This document shows, one piece after another, positions 40,145-51,448 of a stretch of 64,000 bases of DNA. The stretch's first letter is position 1. Each line of letters begins with the position of its first letter. Source of the stretch: Acidimicrobiales bacterium (lineage in GTDB: Bacteria; Actinomycetota; Acidimicrobiia; Acidimicrobiales; Acidimicrobilacustridaceae). A program made the translations under genes and the position numbers. The stretch spans positions 379,252 to 443,251 of the forward strand of contig JAWKIW010000002.1 of NCBI GenBank assembly GCA_041394145.1. The letters are read 5' to 3'. The notes under the pieces were generated by a model. The model was not told the origin of the DNA, ran no database searches, and saw nothing but the letters and a program-made list of their open reading frames with translations.

Positions 40145-41508
40145 CGAGTGCTCGTGCCGCCTCCACCACGGAGTCGCTCGTCAGCGAGGCAGGTGAGCGC
40201 CCGGGGGCGTGGGTGGGGATGCGGATGCGCACGGCACCGGGCTTCGATGTGAAGACCAGCGGCGGGTCCAGCACGAGGGCCTCACCGTCCACGCCGGCCT
40301 CGACGGGCGAGTCGCTGGTCACCGCGAAGCGCGGGGTCGACCAGTCGAGCCATCCCTCGAACTTGGAGACCTGTCCGGCGGTCTCGAGGGCCACGAAGCG
40401 GGCCACGTCGGTGTCCCGGGTGAGGTGCACGGCGGCGATGCCGAGCGTGCCGGCGTCGAGGCGGGCCCGAGTGCCGAACCCGCCCAGCAGCCGCGCCAGC
40501 ACGTACCGGTTGTTCGAGACCTGGATGACCTGGGCGCCGTCGACCGCCTTCGCCGTCGGGGCCGTCGAAGTGCAGGTCGAACGGCGGGGCGTCGGGGCCG
40601 AGCATCTCGGGCAGCATCGCCAGGGTGGTCTGGCGCTTGGCGTCGCGGTAGTCGGGTGACTGGACGATCTTGGCGTACACGCCGAGCGACACGTTGTTGA
40701 CGAACACCCGCCCGTTGACCTCGGCGAGGTCGATGCGGCGCTCCACCGCGTCGCCGAAGGCGTCGAGCGCACCGACGACGTCGTCGCGGTCGAGGCCGAG
40801 GTCGAGGGCGAAGTGGTTGCGGGTGCCGGCGGGTATGCACACGTGGGCGACGCCGTGCTCGGCGGCGACCGAGGCGACGAGGGCCTGCGAGCCGTCACCC
40901 CCGGCCATGCCGATGACGTCGGCCCCGCGCTCGACCGCGTCCACGGCGAGCTCGCGCGGGTCGAGGCCGGGCTTCAGGATGATCGGCTCGATGCCACGCG
41001 CCCGGCAGGCGTCTTCGAGGTGGAACCGCTCGGCCTTCCCACCCCCGGACTTGAGGTTCATGATCAGCACCGGCCGCGACGCCGGGCCGACCGGCCGCCC
41101 TTCGACCGGCGCCGCCTCCAGCGAGGCGGCGTCGTGGCCCAGGGCGACCTTGGCGGCGGCGATCGACACGGCCACGTGCGCCACCACGATCGCCAGCGCG
41201 AGGCCGTGGTGCTCACCGAGCACGAACAGCGCGACCACGCCGACGACTGCCGCCATCGCGACGACGAGCGCGACGAGGCGGCGCACCCCGGTCCTCGTGA
41301 TGGCGAACCAGCCGGCGAGGACCACCACGAGCAGCAGGACGACCAGGGCCACCAGGTCGACGACGTTGCCCCAGGCGGCGACGGCCGCCAGCACGATGGC
41401 GACGAGCGGGCAGACGAGGGCCACGGCGGCCAGGGCACGTCGCCCGGTCGAGGGTCGGGCGCTGGCGGAGGTCGGCCGGGGTGCCGCAGGGGATCGGTCG
41501 TCGTCCAT
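40077..41508 (-). CDS. lipid kinase, DAGK catalytic domain (YegS/BmrU family) with N-terminal TM region; apparent frameshift ~40.6 kb
   Basis: PVLIMNLKSGGGKAERF, GADVIGMAGGDGSQALVASVAAEHGVAHVCIPAGTRNHFALDLGL. C-terminal ARFVALETAGQVSKFEGW lies in ORF 40077..40898. Confidence 0.7.
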
Positions 41509-41557
41509 GAGCGGCCTCCTGGGTCGGCGAGCGGTCGGCGGTCTCCGGCGTCGTGGT

Positions 41558-42961
41558 CTACCCGGTCGCCGTCACGTGTGCCACGAAGGCGGCGTGGTCG
41601 CGCTCGTTCTGGTCGGCGTACGCGGAAGCGAAGGCGATCATGGCCCTGCCCATCGACCTGCCGTTGCCGAGGTAGGACGTGATGGCCACGGCGTCACCGC
41701 TGCGGGCATGGGCCCGGGCCAGCGTGTACCCGCAGATCTGGGCGTAGACGCCCATCACGGGGGGCGTCATCGAGTCGGTCTCGGCGGAGACCTTCCAGTC
41801 CCACAGCTGGCGGAAGTAGTAGTCGTGGTCTCGGCCGTCGATCCCCGCGAAGCGGTCCCAGCCGAGGAAGATGTCGCTGCTGGCCTGCAGCAGGCGCTGG
41901 CCCTCGACCACCCGCCGGCCCTGCTGGCGGTACACCGACCGGGGGAGGTGACCCTCGAGGACCGAGGCCTCGGCCTCCTTCACCTGCAGGAAGAGCGGAT
42001 CGCCCTCGTCGTTCCCCACGAGCAGCATCACCCAGCAGCGGGTGCCCACGCTGCCCACGCCCACCACCTTCCGGGCGATGTCGACGAAGCGGTAGCGCTC
42101 GAGCAGGGCGCGACGGTCGGGCTGCAGCGTGGCCCGGTAGGCGCGCAGCGCACCGTGCATCAGCTCGGTCAGGTCCCGGGCGTCGGTGTCGGGGAGCAGC
42201 TCGGTCACGGGCTGCAGGACGGGCGGTTGGGAGAGGAAGCGAGGCCCGTCCGAGGTCACCGTCGTGAGCTTGCGCAGGGCCTTGAGCCGGTCCTTGCCCT
42301 GGGCCTTCTGCGTGCTCTGGAGGAACCGCTTCCGGGTGGCGGCGTCGACCTGGGTGCCCCAGCCGGCCATGATGTCCTCGGCGGTCAGCTTCAGGTACCA
42401 GACGTCCAGGCTCGACATGGCCGAGAAGCGCGCCATGGACCGGGCATAGGCGTCGGTGAGGGTGGTCTGCAGCCCGGCCCGCTCCTTGTCGGCGAAGCCG
42501 TTGTGGCGGGCGGCGACCTCGAAGCTGGCGGCGAGGCGCTTGAGATCCCACTCGAACGGTCCGGGCAACGTCTCGTCGAAGTCGTTCAGGTCGAACACCA
42601 GCGACCGTTCGGGGGAGGCGAAGCCGCCGAAGTTGGCCAGGTGGGCGTCACCGCACAGCTGCACCTTCAGGCCGGTCTGGGGCTCACCGGCGAGGTCGGC
42701 CGCCATCACTGCGGCGGCCCCCCGGTAGAAGGTGAACGGCGACTCGCTCATGCGCTCGTGGCGCAGCGGCACGAGCTCGGGGACCCGGGTCGTCTCCTGG
42801 GCCTCGAGGATCGCCAGGGGATCTCGTCCGCTCGGCGGCGACCACTCCCCCTGCTGGGACCGCCGGACCCTGCGGCGGGCCTCTCGGCCCAGCTCGGCTC
42901 GTTCGGCCACGGTCCGGTGCCGGACCACCGGTGCAGCTCGGGTGTCACCCTTGTCGGCCAT
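41558..42961 (-). CDS. DUF2252 domain protein
   Basis: Starts MADKGDTRAAPVVRHRTVAERAELGREARR. LKVQLCGDAHLANFGGFASPERSLVFDLNDFDETLPGPFEWDLKRLAASFEVAAR is typical DUF2252. The long N-terminal extension of ORF 41558..44050 was rejected. Confidence 0.7.
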   Translation of the reverse strand: MADKGDTRAAPVVRHRTVAERAELGREARRRVRRSQQGEWSPPSGRDPLAILEAQETTRVPELVPLRHERMSESPFTFYRGAAAVMAADLAGEPQTGLKVQLCGDAHLANFGGFASPERSLVFDLNDFDETLPGPFEWDLKRLAASFEVAARHNGFADKERAGLQTTLTDAYARSMARFSAMSSLDVWYLKLTAEDIMAGWGTQVDAATRKRFLQSTQKAQGKDRLKALRKLTTVTSDGPRFLSQPPVLQPVTELLPDTDARDLTELMHGALRAYRATLQPDRRALLERYRFVDIARKVVGVGSVGTRCWVMLLVGNDEGDPLFLQVKEAEASVLEGHLPRSVYRQQGRRVVEGQRLLQASSDIFLGWDRFAGIDGRDHDYYFRQLWDWKVSAETDSMTPPVMGVYAQICGYTLARAHARSGDAVAITSYLGNGRSMGRAMIAFASAYADQNERDHAAFVAHVTATG

Positions 42962-43131
42962 GATCGTCCCCTCCCGGGTCGCGCCCCAGGTCGTGTCGGT
43001 CGGTGTCGTCGGGTCTGCCGCACCACGGGGTGGCGCCGGGACCAGCGTGTGAGTCCTGACGGCGACCGTATTCGGTGCGCCCGACCGGGTCGTCATCCCG
43101 AAGGGGTGAGCGGGGTGAGCCCGGGCCGCCG

Positions 43132-44397
43132 TCAGCGGACCTGGTGGCAGTGCTTGGCCTTGCGGCCGCTGCCGCAGGGGCAGGGGTCGTTGCGTCCGGC
43201 GGCGGCGAGGATGCCGCGCACCTCGTCGGCGAAGCGGCCCGAGCGCAGCAGGTCGGCCATGATCCGCACGAGCCCGTCGGCGTGGCGGAAGAAGGCGTAG
43301 TAGCCGGCACAGAGGTAGTTCAGACCGGGCTCGCCGTCGACGCTGACGGTGAAGCGGTTCTTGGGGCACTCGCCGTTGCACGCGAAGCGGACCTCGCAGC
43401 GCCGGCACTGGCCGGGCAGGCCGTCTCGCTTGGCGGCGCCGAAGGCCCGCTGCCGGGGTGAGGCGACGAGCTCGACGAGGTGCGTCGACGCGATGTTGCC
43501 GAGCAGGTGCCCCGGTTCGACGAAGTGGTCGCACGAGTAGACGTCGCCGTTGTGCTCGAGGGCCAGCGCATCGCCGCAGGTCTCCCGGAAGATGCACAGG
43601 GACGGCGGCACGCCGAGCCAGGAGGCGAGGGCGGCGTCGAACTGCGACACGAACACCTCGCCGACGTCGCGCACCACCCACTCGTCGAACACGGCGACGA
43701 GGAAGCGCCCCCAGGCCTCGGGGTCGACGGATCGGCCCGTGACCGTGTCGCCCTCCTGGAAGCCGGTGTCGTTGTCGCGCTCGACGATCGGGATGAGCTG
43801 GATGTGGCGCAGGCCGAGGACATCGCGGAAGAAGCGGTAGACGTCGAGCGGGTGGTCCTGGTTGGCGGCGTGCACGGAACACAAGACGTTGGTGTCGACG
43901 TCGTGCGCGACGAGAAGCTCGAAGCCGGCCATGACCTTGTCGAAGGTGGGTGCTCCCCGCTTGTCGACCCGGTAGGCGTCGTGCAGCTCGCGCGGCCCGT
44001 CGATGCTGATGCCGACGAGGAAGCCGTGCTCGGCGAACAGCTCGCACCACTCGTCGGTGAGCAGCGTGCCGTTGGTCTGGATGGTGTGGTGCACCTGCTG
44101 GCCCTGGCGACGGTGGCGCTGCACGGCGTCGAGCGACCGTCGGAAGAAGTCCACTCCCATGAGCGTGGGCTCACCGCCCTGCCAGGCGATGGTCACCTCC
44201 GGTCCGTCGTGAGCCTCGAGCAGCTGGCGGACGTAGGTGTCGAGGACCTCGTCGCTCATGCGGAAGCGGTCGCCCGGGTACAGCGCCTCCTTCGACAGGA
44301 AGAAGCAGTAGTCGCAGTCGAGGTTGCAGATCGCCCCGGTGGGCTTGGCGAGCACGTGGAAGGACGGCGGCGCGTCGTCGGGTCGGGCGGTGGGCAT
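43132..44397 (-). CDS. anaerobic sulfatase-maturating enzyme (radical SAM/SPASM) with C-terminal SEC-C motif
   Basis: FHVLAKPTGAICNLDCDYCFF (CxxxCxxC). SPASM cysteines CIFRETCGD...CDHF, CRRCEVRFACNGECPKNRF. Terminal DPCPCGSGRKAKHCH. Confidence 0.8.
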   Translation of the reverse strand: MPTARPDDAPPSFHVLAKPTGAICNLDCDYCFFLSKEALYPGDRFRMSDEVLDTYVRQLLEAHDGPEVTIAWQGGEPTLMGVDFFRRSLDAVQRHRRQGQQVHHTIQTNGTLLTDEWCELFAEHGFLVGISIDGPRELHDAYRVDKRGAPTFDKVMAGFELLVAHDVDTNVLCSVHAANQDHPLDVYRFFRDVLGLRHIQLIPIVERDNDTGFQEGDTVTGRSVDPEAWGRFLVAVFDEWVVRDVGEVFVSQFDAALASWLGVPPSLCIFRETCGDALALEHNGDVYSCDHFVEPGHLLGNIASTHLVELVASPRQRAFGAAKRDGLPGQCRRCEVRFACNGECPKNRFTVSVDGEPGLNYLCAGYYAFFRHADGLVRIMADLLRSGRFADEVRGILAAAGRNDPCPCGSGRKAKHCHQVR

Positions 44398-44483
44398 CGC
44401 CGGTCCGAGAGCCGGGCCCGGGGGCTCGGAGCCGACGGGGATCAGGGCCGGCATCGGGTGGTCGGGGTCGGTGCCATCGGCGA

Positions 44484-46748
44484 TCAGCCCGGCAGGAGGC
44501 CGAGGCGTCGGGCTTCGGCCACCGCGTCGCTGCGCGAGGAGACGCCGAGCTTGCGGTAGATGGCCACCGAGTGGGTCTTGGCGGTGTTGCGGCTGACGTG
44601 CAGCTCCCCGGCGATCTCCTGCAGGGAGAGGTGGGTGGCCAGGTGGGGCAGCACCCGCAGCTCGGCCTCGGTGAGCGGGGTGACGAGCGACGTCGAGGCG
44701 GCGACGGCGTCCACCTGGGCTTCGACGTCGTGCAGCTGCGCGATGAGCCAGGTGGCGGTGGGCTCGCGGTCCGCAGCTCGCTGTGCGTCGCGCACGTGCC
44801 GGCGAGCCCCGTGGCCGTCACCGAGCGCGAGGCAGGCCTGGGCGATGACGGCGTGGTTGAGCAGCGCCGTGCGGGGGGAGATGTCGCCGAGGCGCTCGAG
44901 CAGCACCTCGGTCACGGCGACGGCCCGTTCGGCTCGGGTGAGGTCACCGGCTCGCGCCGCCACGAGCGCGTCGACCGAGTAGGTGACCATGGTGGCCACG
45001 AGGCCCTCGAGGTCGTGGCGGTCGGCGATCCGACGGCTCGCCTCGACGTGTTGGCGGGCCGACTCGACGTCGCCCGTCGAGAGGTCGAGCAGCGCCATCC
45101 AGGCGTGGCTGCCCGCCTCCATGCCCGGCAGGGACCCGACGGCGGGCAGGGCGTCGGCGAGCAGGCGACGGGCCTCGGTCAGCTCGCCGATGTTGGCCAG
45201 CGCCGTCGCCCGGATGGCGGTGGCCATGCCCCACCACGGGTTGGTGGTCCAGCCGCCGCTGTCGATGACGGTGGCGGTGTCGCGCAGGATCCCCGGGATG
45301 CCCCCGACGGCCAGCAACGACCGCTGCAGCGCGATCGCCACCCCGGCGCTCGGCGTCCCGTCGCCGAGGCGGCGACCGTCGTCGAGGCCGGCGGCCTGCT
45401 GCGCCGACCGGTGGATGAGCGCAGGGTCGGGGACGCTCAGCCCGTACCAGGCGGTCGCCACGGCGGCGTCCACCCAGCGGTCGGCGGCCCCGTCGCCGAG
45501 GAGCGCCAATCGCCGGGCCAGCACGCCGCTGCGACCGTCGAACGCAAGCGCGACCGCCTCCCGCATGACCAGCGCAGCAGCCCGTTCCTCGTCGCCCGCG
45601 TCGACGGCATGCGCGATCGCGGTGTCGAGGTCGCCGACGGCCTCGAAGCGGTCCGCGGCCTGCCGGTGGAGGTACCGGGCCCGTCCCGGGTCCCGCCGGC
45701 GCAGGCGGTCGCGCAGCAGCTCGGCGAAGAGGTGGTGATAGCGGTACCACCGGCGCTCGTCGTCGAGCGGCACCAGGAAGAGGTTGCCGGAGTCCTCCAG
45801 CGCTTGCAGGCGCGTCGCCGAGTCGTCACGCTCGAGCAGGTCGTCGAGCAGGTCGGCGTCCATCCGTTCGACCACCGCCGAGTCCTCGAGGAAGGCGGTC
45901 ACGGCTGGATCGAGGCCACGGAGCACCTCCTCGACGAGGTAGTCGGCCACGAGCCGATGGCGGCCGGTCAGCACCGGGGCCGTGGGGCTCCGGGGCTCAC
46001 GGGCCGCCAGCGCGGCGAGGTGGAGCCCTGCCGCCCAGCCTTCGACCCGAGCGACGAGGCCCTCGGTCGTGGTCCGATCGAGGGCCACGCCCTGGTGCGC
46101 GAGCGCGCGCTGCGCCTCGTCGACCGACAGGGCGAGCTCGCCGGGGCCGATCTCGACGACGGTGCCGTCGAGGCGGCGACGGGCGAGCGGCACGGCGGCG
46201 ATGGACCGGCCGATCAGCACCGGGAGCAGGTGGGGACCCAGCTCGTCGACCAGGGTGGTCAGGCAGGACCGCGCGGCTTCGGACCCAAGGGCCTGGACGT
46301 CGTCGAACACCAGGACGACCCGCGGGGCGACGGCGAGCCGGGCCACCACTGCGGGCAGCAGCTCGTCGGCGACCGAGCGTCCGGGGAGGCCAGGAGGTGG
46401 TGAAGGTCGGGGCCCAGGTCGGCGACCGAGTCGACGGCGCACGCCAGGTGCTGCAGGAGGTGGACGGGGTCGTCGTCGAGTCGGTCGAGCGCGACTCCAC
46501 GCGAACGGGCGCTCGTCGGCCTGGGCCCACAGCGCCACCGTCGTGGTCTTGCCGTAGCCGGCCGGCGCCGCGACCACGACCAGGGAGCCGGACGCGCTGC
46601 GTCGCAGACGACCGACCAGGCGGTCGCGGGCCACGACGCCCGGCCGCACGCCCGGGACCTCGCCCTCGCTGCATCGCTGCCGGTGGGGCACCACCGTCGC
46701 CCCGGGGGTCGGAGCGGCATCCGGTCCCCGAGCTTCTGTCATCGCCAC
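44484..46748 (-). CDS. LAL-type (large ATP-binding) LuxR-family transcriptional regulator
   Basis: N-terminal P-loop VVVAAPAGYGKTTTVALW. C-terminal LuxR HTH LTEAELRVLPHLATHLSLQEIAGELHVSRNTAKTHSVAIYRKLGV. Confidence 0.85.
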   Translation of the reverse strand: MAMTEARGPDAAPTPGATVVPHRQRCSEGEVPGVRPGVVARDRLVGRLRRSASGSLVVVAAPAGYGKTTTVALWAQADERPFAWSRARPTRRRPRPPPAAPGVRRRLGRRPGPRPSPPPGLPGRSVADELLPAVVARLAVAPRVVLVFDDVQALGSEAARSCLTTLVDELGPHLLPVLIGRSIAAVPLARRRLDGTVVEIGPGELALSVDEAQRALAHQGVALDRTTTEGLVARVEGWAAGLHLAALAAREPRSPTAPVLTGRHRLVADYLVEEVLRGLDPAVTAFLEDSAVVERMDADLLDDLLERDDSATRLQALEDSGNLFLVPLDDERRWYRYHHLFAELLRDRLRRRDPGRARYLHRQAADRFEAVGDLDTAIAHAVDAGDEERAAALVMREAVALAFDGRSGVLARRLALLGDGAADRWVDAAVATAWYGLSVPDPALIHRSAQQAAGLDDGRRLGDGTPSAGVAIALQRSLLAVGGIPGILRDTATVIDSGGWTTNPWWGMATAIRATALANIGELTEARRLLADALPAVGSLPGMEAGSHAWMALLDLSTGDVESARQHVEASRRIADRHDLEGLVATMVTYSVDALVAARAGDLTRAERAVAVTEVLLERLGDISPRTALLNHAVIAQACLALGDGHGARRHVRDAQRAADREPTATWLIAQLHDVEAQVDAVAASTSLVTPLTEAELRVLPHLATHLSLQEIAGELHVSRNTAKTHSVAIYRKLGVSSRSDAVAEARRLGLLPG

Positions 46749-46832
46749 GGTTCGTGATCCTAGGCCTCGGACCCCGCGGCACCACCCCGGTCACGCACAC
46801 CGATGGGCCCGTCGCCTCCGTTGTTGCCTCGA

Positions 46833-47160
46833 TCAGCCGGACCGGCCGTCGTCGGACTCGCCGACGACCAGCAGCACCTGCTCGATGAGGGCAGCGTCGT
46901 CGAAGGTCGTGTGGATGCAGGTGATGCGGTCGTCGTGCAGCTCGGCGATCGAGACCCCTCGGAGGCTCAGGTGGCGGCGGTCGGCCTCGACCAGCACGTC
47001 GTCGTCGACCAGCAGCGGGGTGTCGACGCTGGCCTCGAGGATCCACTCGACCACGGCGACCGGGTCGAACCACCACAGGTGATCGGCGGCGAAGCGGTGG
47101 ACGGCCAAGGAATCGGCGGCGTCGGACAGGGCACGGCATGCGTCGGCGCGACGAAGGTGA
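46833..47160 (-). CDS. small hypothetical protein (start unresolved)
   Basis: C-terminal ~105 aa ...HRFAADHLWWFDPVAVVEWILEASVDTPLLVDDDVLVEADRRHLSLRGVSIAELHDDRITCIHTTFDDAALIEQVLLVV looks protein-like. The upstream part of ORF 46833..47717 is junk. Confidence 0.25.
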
Positions 47161-47719
47161 AGCCGGGGCACCACCCGGTGGCGTCGTGGCTGAGGACGTC
47201 GACGAGGTCGCGGGCGGACCGACGACGGTGGCGGCGACGGCGTGGGTGAGGGCCTCGCGACGGCCGTCACCGACGGCCAGCTCGGTGTCCCAGCGCCCGG
47301 CCCCGGGCGTCGGGACGCGGCGGCCTCCCGGATCGCTCGTCGGCCGCGGACCGGCTGGGATCGTCGTCGCCCGGCGAGCATCGGCGGCGACGCGCGAGCC
47401 GGCGGTGGGCCCCGAACGGCAGGCGGCCGATGACCCGCGAGGGCCGGTGCTGCTCGGTCAGGGCTGGAGGTGGCGTCGTCGCGATGGCTCGACGGTACGA
47501 AGCCGTGCCATCGGGGCATCACCCGATGCGGGCGACCAGGGCTGATGGCGCAGGACGCCACCGATCGGCCGTTCACCCTCATCGGGTGACGACGGTGGGA
47601 CGCTTCAACGACACGATGGGCACGATCCTCGGTGCGCACCTGACGCGGATCGGCCTGACGATCGCCGGGATCGGCGAGGATCGCCGCTTCCGCCAGCTCC
47701 ACCCAGAAGGACCGCACCC

Positions 47720-48235
47720 ATGGGCATCCTGCGCAACCGCCACGATGATGGCGGCGAGCCCACCCGCTACCGGATGCAGCAGCGACTGCTGTCGGTCGGC
47801 GACGACTACTGGATCGAGGACGACCGTGGCGAGCGGGTGTTCCTCGTCGACGGCAAGGCGCTGCGCGTCCGTGACACGTGGGAGCTGAAGGACCGGGCCG
47901 GCCACGAGGTGGCCAAGATCCGGGAGCGCAAGCTGAGCGTGCGCGACGCCATGACGATCGAGCTGGGCGACCGCAAGGCGGTGGTGAAGAAGGCGGTCGT
48001 GGGCATCCGCGACCGCTTCCACATCGATGTCGACGGCGGCCCCGACCTGAAGGCCCACGGCAACGTCGTCGACCACGAGTACGAGATCGAGGGCGACGAC
48101 GGCACGATCGCCAACGTGTCCAAGCGGTGGTTCCGGGTGCGCGACACCTACGGCGTCGAGGTGCTGCCCGGGGCCGACCCCGTCCTGGCGCTGGCGATCA
48201 CCGTCGCCATCGACGCACTCGCCGGCGACCACTGA
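47720..48235 (+). CDS. LURP-one-related / DUF567 (tubby-like) protein
   Basis: MQQRLLSVGDDYWIEDDRGERVFLVDGKALRVRDTWELKDRAGHEVAKIRERKLSVRDAMTIE. Confidence 0.7.
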   Translation: MGILRNRHDDGGEPTRYRMQQRLLSVGDDYWIEDDRGERVFLVDGKALRVRDTWELKDRAGHEVAKIRERKLSVRDAMTIELGDRKAVVKKAVVGIRDRFHIDVDGGPDLKAHGNVVDHEYEIEGDDGTIANVSKRWFRVRDTYGVEVLPGADPVLALAITVAIDALAGDH

Positions 48236-48249
48236 CCCAGGAGCCCGTC

Positions 48250-50605
48250 ATGGCCAAGCGCTTCAACGGCAAGATCTCGCTCGACGTCCGGGACTCGGAG
48301 CCGGACTGGGAGCCGTACCTCGCGCCGAAGGCGCCGGAGGGTGCGCCCAACGTCTTGCTGCTGGCCTGGGACGACCTCGGGTTCGCCACCATGGACGTGT
48401 ACGGCGGGCCGGTGGAGTGCCCGAACATGCGACGCATCGCCGAGCGGGGGGTGCAGTTCTCGAACTTCCACACCACGGCGCTGTGCTCGCCGACGCGGGC
48501 CTCGCTGCTCACCGGCCGCAACGCCACCACCAACGGCATGGCCACCATCGCCGAGTTCGCCAGCGGCTTCCCGGGCATCTCCACCCGGATCCCGTTCGAG
48601 AGCGGCTTCGTCTCCGAGGTGCTCGCCGAGCACGGCTACAACACCTACTGCGTCGGCAAGTGGCACCTCACCCCGGGCGAGGAGTGCAACCTCGCCGCCT
48701 TCAAGGGCCGGTGGCCCCTGGGTCGCGGCTTCGAGCGCTTCTACGGCTGGCTCGGCGGCGAGACCAACTCGTACTACCCCGACCTCGTCCACGACAACCA
48801 CCCGATCGAGCCGCCGGGCCGTCCCGAGGACGGCTACCACCTCGCCGACGACATGGCCGACCGGGCCGTCCAGTTCATCCAGGACGCCAAGGTCATCGAT
48901 CCCGACAAGCCGTTCTTCATGTACCTCGCGCCGCAGGCCGGCCATGCGCCGCACCTGGTCCCGAACGAGTGGGCCGACCGGTACGAGGGCCGCTTCGACG
49001 ACGGCTACGAGGCCATCCGGGCCGGGATCCTGGCCCGTCAGATCGAGCTCGGCATCCTGCCCGAGGGCACCGAGCTGTCGCCGATCAACCCCCACGGCGA
49101 GCCCGAGCGCACCGGCCCCGACGGCCAGCCCTGGCCCCAGCTCGACACCGTGCGCCCGTGGGACACGCTCGGCGACGACGAGAAGCGGCTGTTCTCCCGG
49201 ATGATGGAGGTCTTCGCCGGCTACATCTCGTACTACGACGACCGCCTCGGCCGGGTGCTCGACCACCTGGAGGAGTCGGGCCAGATCGACAACACGCTGA
49301 TCATCGTCGTGTCCGACAACGGGGCCAGCGGCGAGGGCGGCCCCAACGGCTCGTTCAACGAGTGGCGCTTCTTCAACGGCGTGCCCGACACCACCGAGAC
49401 CACGATGCCCCACATCGACGAGCTCGGCACCCCGGCGTCGAACAACCACTACAACACCGGCTGGGCCTGGGCCCTCGACACGCCCTTCCCGTACTGGAAG
49501 CGCTGGGCAGGCGAGGAGGGCGGCACCGCCGACATGTTGCTGGTGTCGTGGCCGGCGAAGATCCCGGCCAGCCGCGAGATCCGCCACCAGTACACCCACG
49601 CGGTCGACGTCGTGCCGACGATCTACGACCTCCTGGGCATCGAGCCGCCCGACGTGATCAGGGGCTACCCGCAGCTGCCCATCGAGGGCGAGAGCTTCGC
49701 CGCCGCCCTCACCGATCCGTCGGTGCCGGGCAAGGCGACGCAGTTCTACACGATGCTCGGGCAGCGGGCCCTCTACCACGAGGGCTGGCTGGCGACGACG
49801 GTGCACCCGCCGCTGTCGGGCTGGGGCGACTTCATGGCCGACGAGTGGGAGCTGTTCCACCTCGAGGCCGACCGCTCCCAGTCGAAGAACGTGGCGGCGG
49901 AGCACCCCCGCCGGCTCGAGCTGCTGAAGGACCTGTGGTTCTACTACGCCGGCATCTACAACGGCCTGCCCCTCGACGACCGGTCTGCTCCTCGAACAGG
50001 TCCTGGCCGAGCGGCCGCACGCGGCCGCGCCCCGCGACCAGTACGTCTTCTACCCGGGCGCGTCCGACGTGCCCGAGTCGGCGGGCCCGTCGGTCAACGG
50101 CCGCTCCTACACGGTCGCGGCCGGGGTGACCGTCGACTCTGCCGACGTGGAAGGGGTGATCTGGGCGGCCGGTGGCGTGCCGGGCGGCCACAGCCTCTAC
50201 GTCAAGGACGGCCGGTTGCGCTACACGTTCAACTGGATCGGCACGAAGCTCCAGGACGTGGTGGCCGACCGGTCCCTCACCCCCGGGCCGCACGTGTGCA
50301 CCGCCGAGTTCGAGGCCGCCGGGCCCAGTGCAGATCCGGCCATGCCCGGCACGGCGGGCACCCTCACCCTCTACGTCGACGACCAGGCCGTCGGCTCGGG
50401 TCAGATCGTCACCCAGCCCGGTTACTTCTGCCTGACCGGCGACGGCATCTGCGTCGGCCGTGACAGCGCGCCGGCGGTGACCCCTGCGTACGACGCACCG
50501 TTCGCCTTCACCGGCGGCAGGATCGACAAGGTCGTGGTCGACGTGTCGGGCGAGCGCTACGTCGACCACGAGGCCCAGGTCCGCGGCTGGTTCCTGATCG
50601 ACTGA
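48250..50605 (+). CDS. arylsulfatase (Cys-type, formylglycine-dependent); apparent frameshift ~50.0 kb
   Basis: Sulfatase signature CSPTRASLLTGR (48.49 kb) and GKWHLTPGEE. C-terminal domain in ORF 50069..50605. Confidence 0.85.
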
Positions 50606-50904
50606 ACGTCGCCGCTGCCGGCGGTCATCCGCTTGGGGTGATGTCTCGCCGGAGATCGCCTCGTGGGTTCGACGAACGGTGGCGCTCGCGCCCCCGAGCA
50701 TCGACCGCCGGTGAGCGGGGTTCCGCCGTTCGGACCCGACCCGACCCGAGGAGCCCCCCATGCCCGACCTGATCGCCATCGGCTACGACGACACCACCAC
50801 CGCGCTCCCGGCTGATCCCGGCCGCCTCCGTCAGAATCGACGGGCGCCCGGCCCAACTCGTGGGCCGGGCGCCGTCGCAGGATCCGGGGTGTGACCGGAC
50901 AGGA

Positions 50905-51448
50905 TCAGCCGGACTTCGTCGCCGCGACCGTCGTGCCGGTTCTCGCCGTGCCGGTGGTGCCGGTCGAGCCGGTGCCGGCCGTCTCGAGCACGACCACGAT
51001 GTAGGTCTGGCCGTCCCTCGGCAGTACGGTGACGCGGCCGGTGTCGGAGCCGCTGAACTTGACCGTGCCGACGTAGCGGTCCCCGCTGCCGATCGAGCTC
51101 TTGCTCTCCACCGTGAGGCTCGACTGGCTCGTGTAGAAGCCGTAGGCGTCCTCCGGCGAGCCCGGGGCGGTGAAGACGCCGACCAGCACGGTCGTCGAGG
51201 ACCCGCCGAGCGAGCCCGAGCCGGCGGGCTGGGCACCGTTCGGCACCGGGAACGCGCTGGGCCAGCCGGGCGGCAGCTTGCCGTCGAGCGACAAGCGACA
51301 CCTGCCCGTCCTCGGTCGAGATCTCGAAGCTCTTCTTGGAGGCGGTGGTGGTCGTGGTGGCCGCCTCGTTCGTCGAGCTGCTCGAGCAGGCGACGCCGCC
51401 GAGCAGGACGGCGGCGGACACGGCGGTGGCGGTGAGGGCTCGCTTCAT
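50905..51448 (-). CDS. lipoprotein (hypothetical); apparent frameshift ~51.29 kb
   Basis: MKRALTATAVSAAVLLGGVACSSS lipobox. The body continues in ORF 50905..51294. Confidence 0.55.

Noticed and set aside
40670-43300. 876-aa plus-strand ORF
   Set aside because: Antisense to the lipid kinase and DUF2252 genes, both with good motifs. Low-complexity translation.
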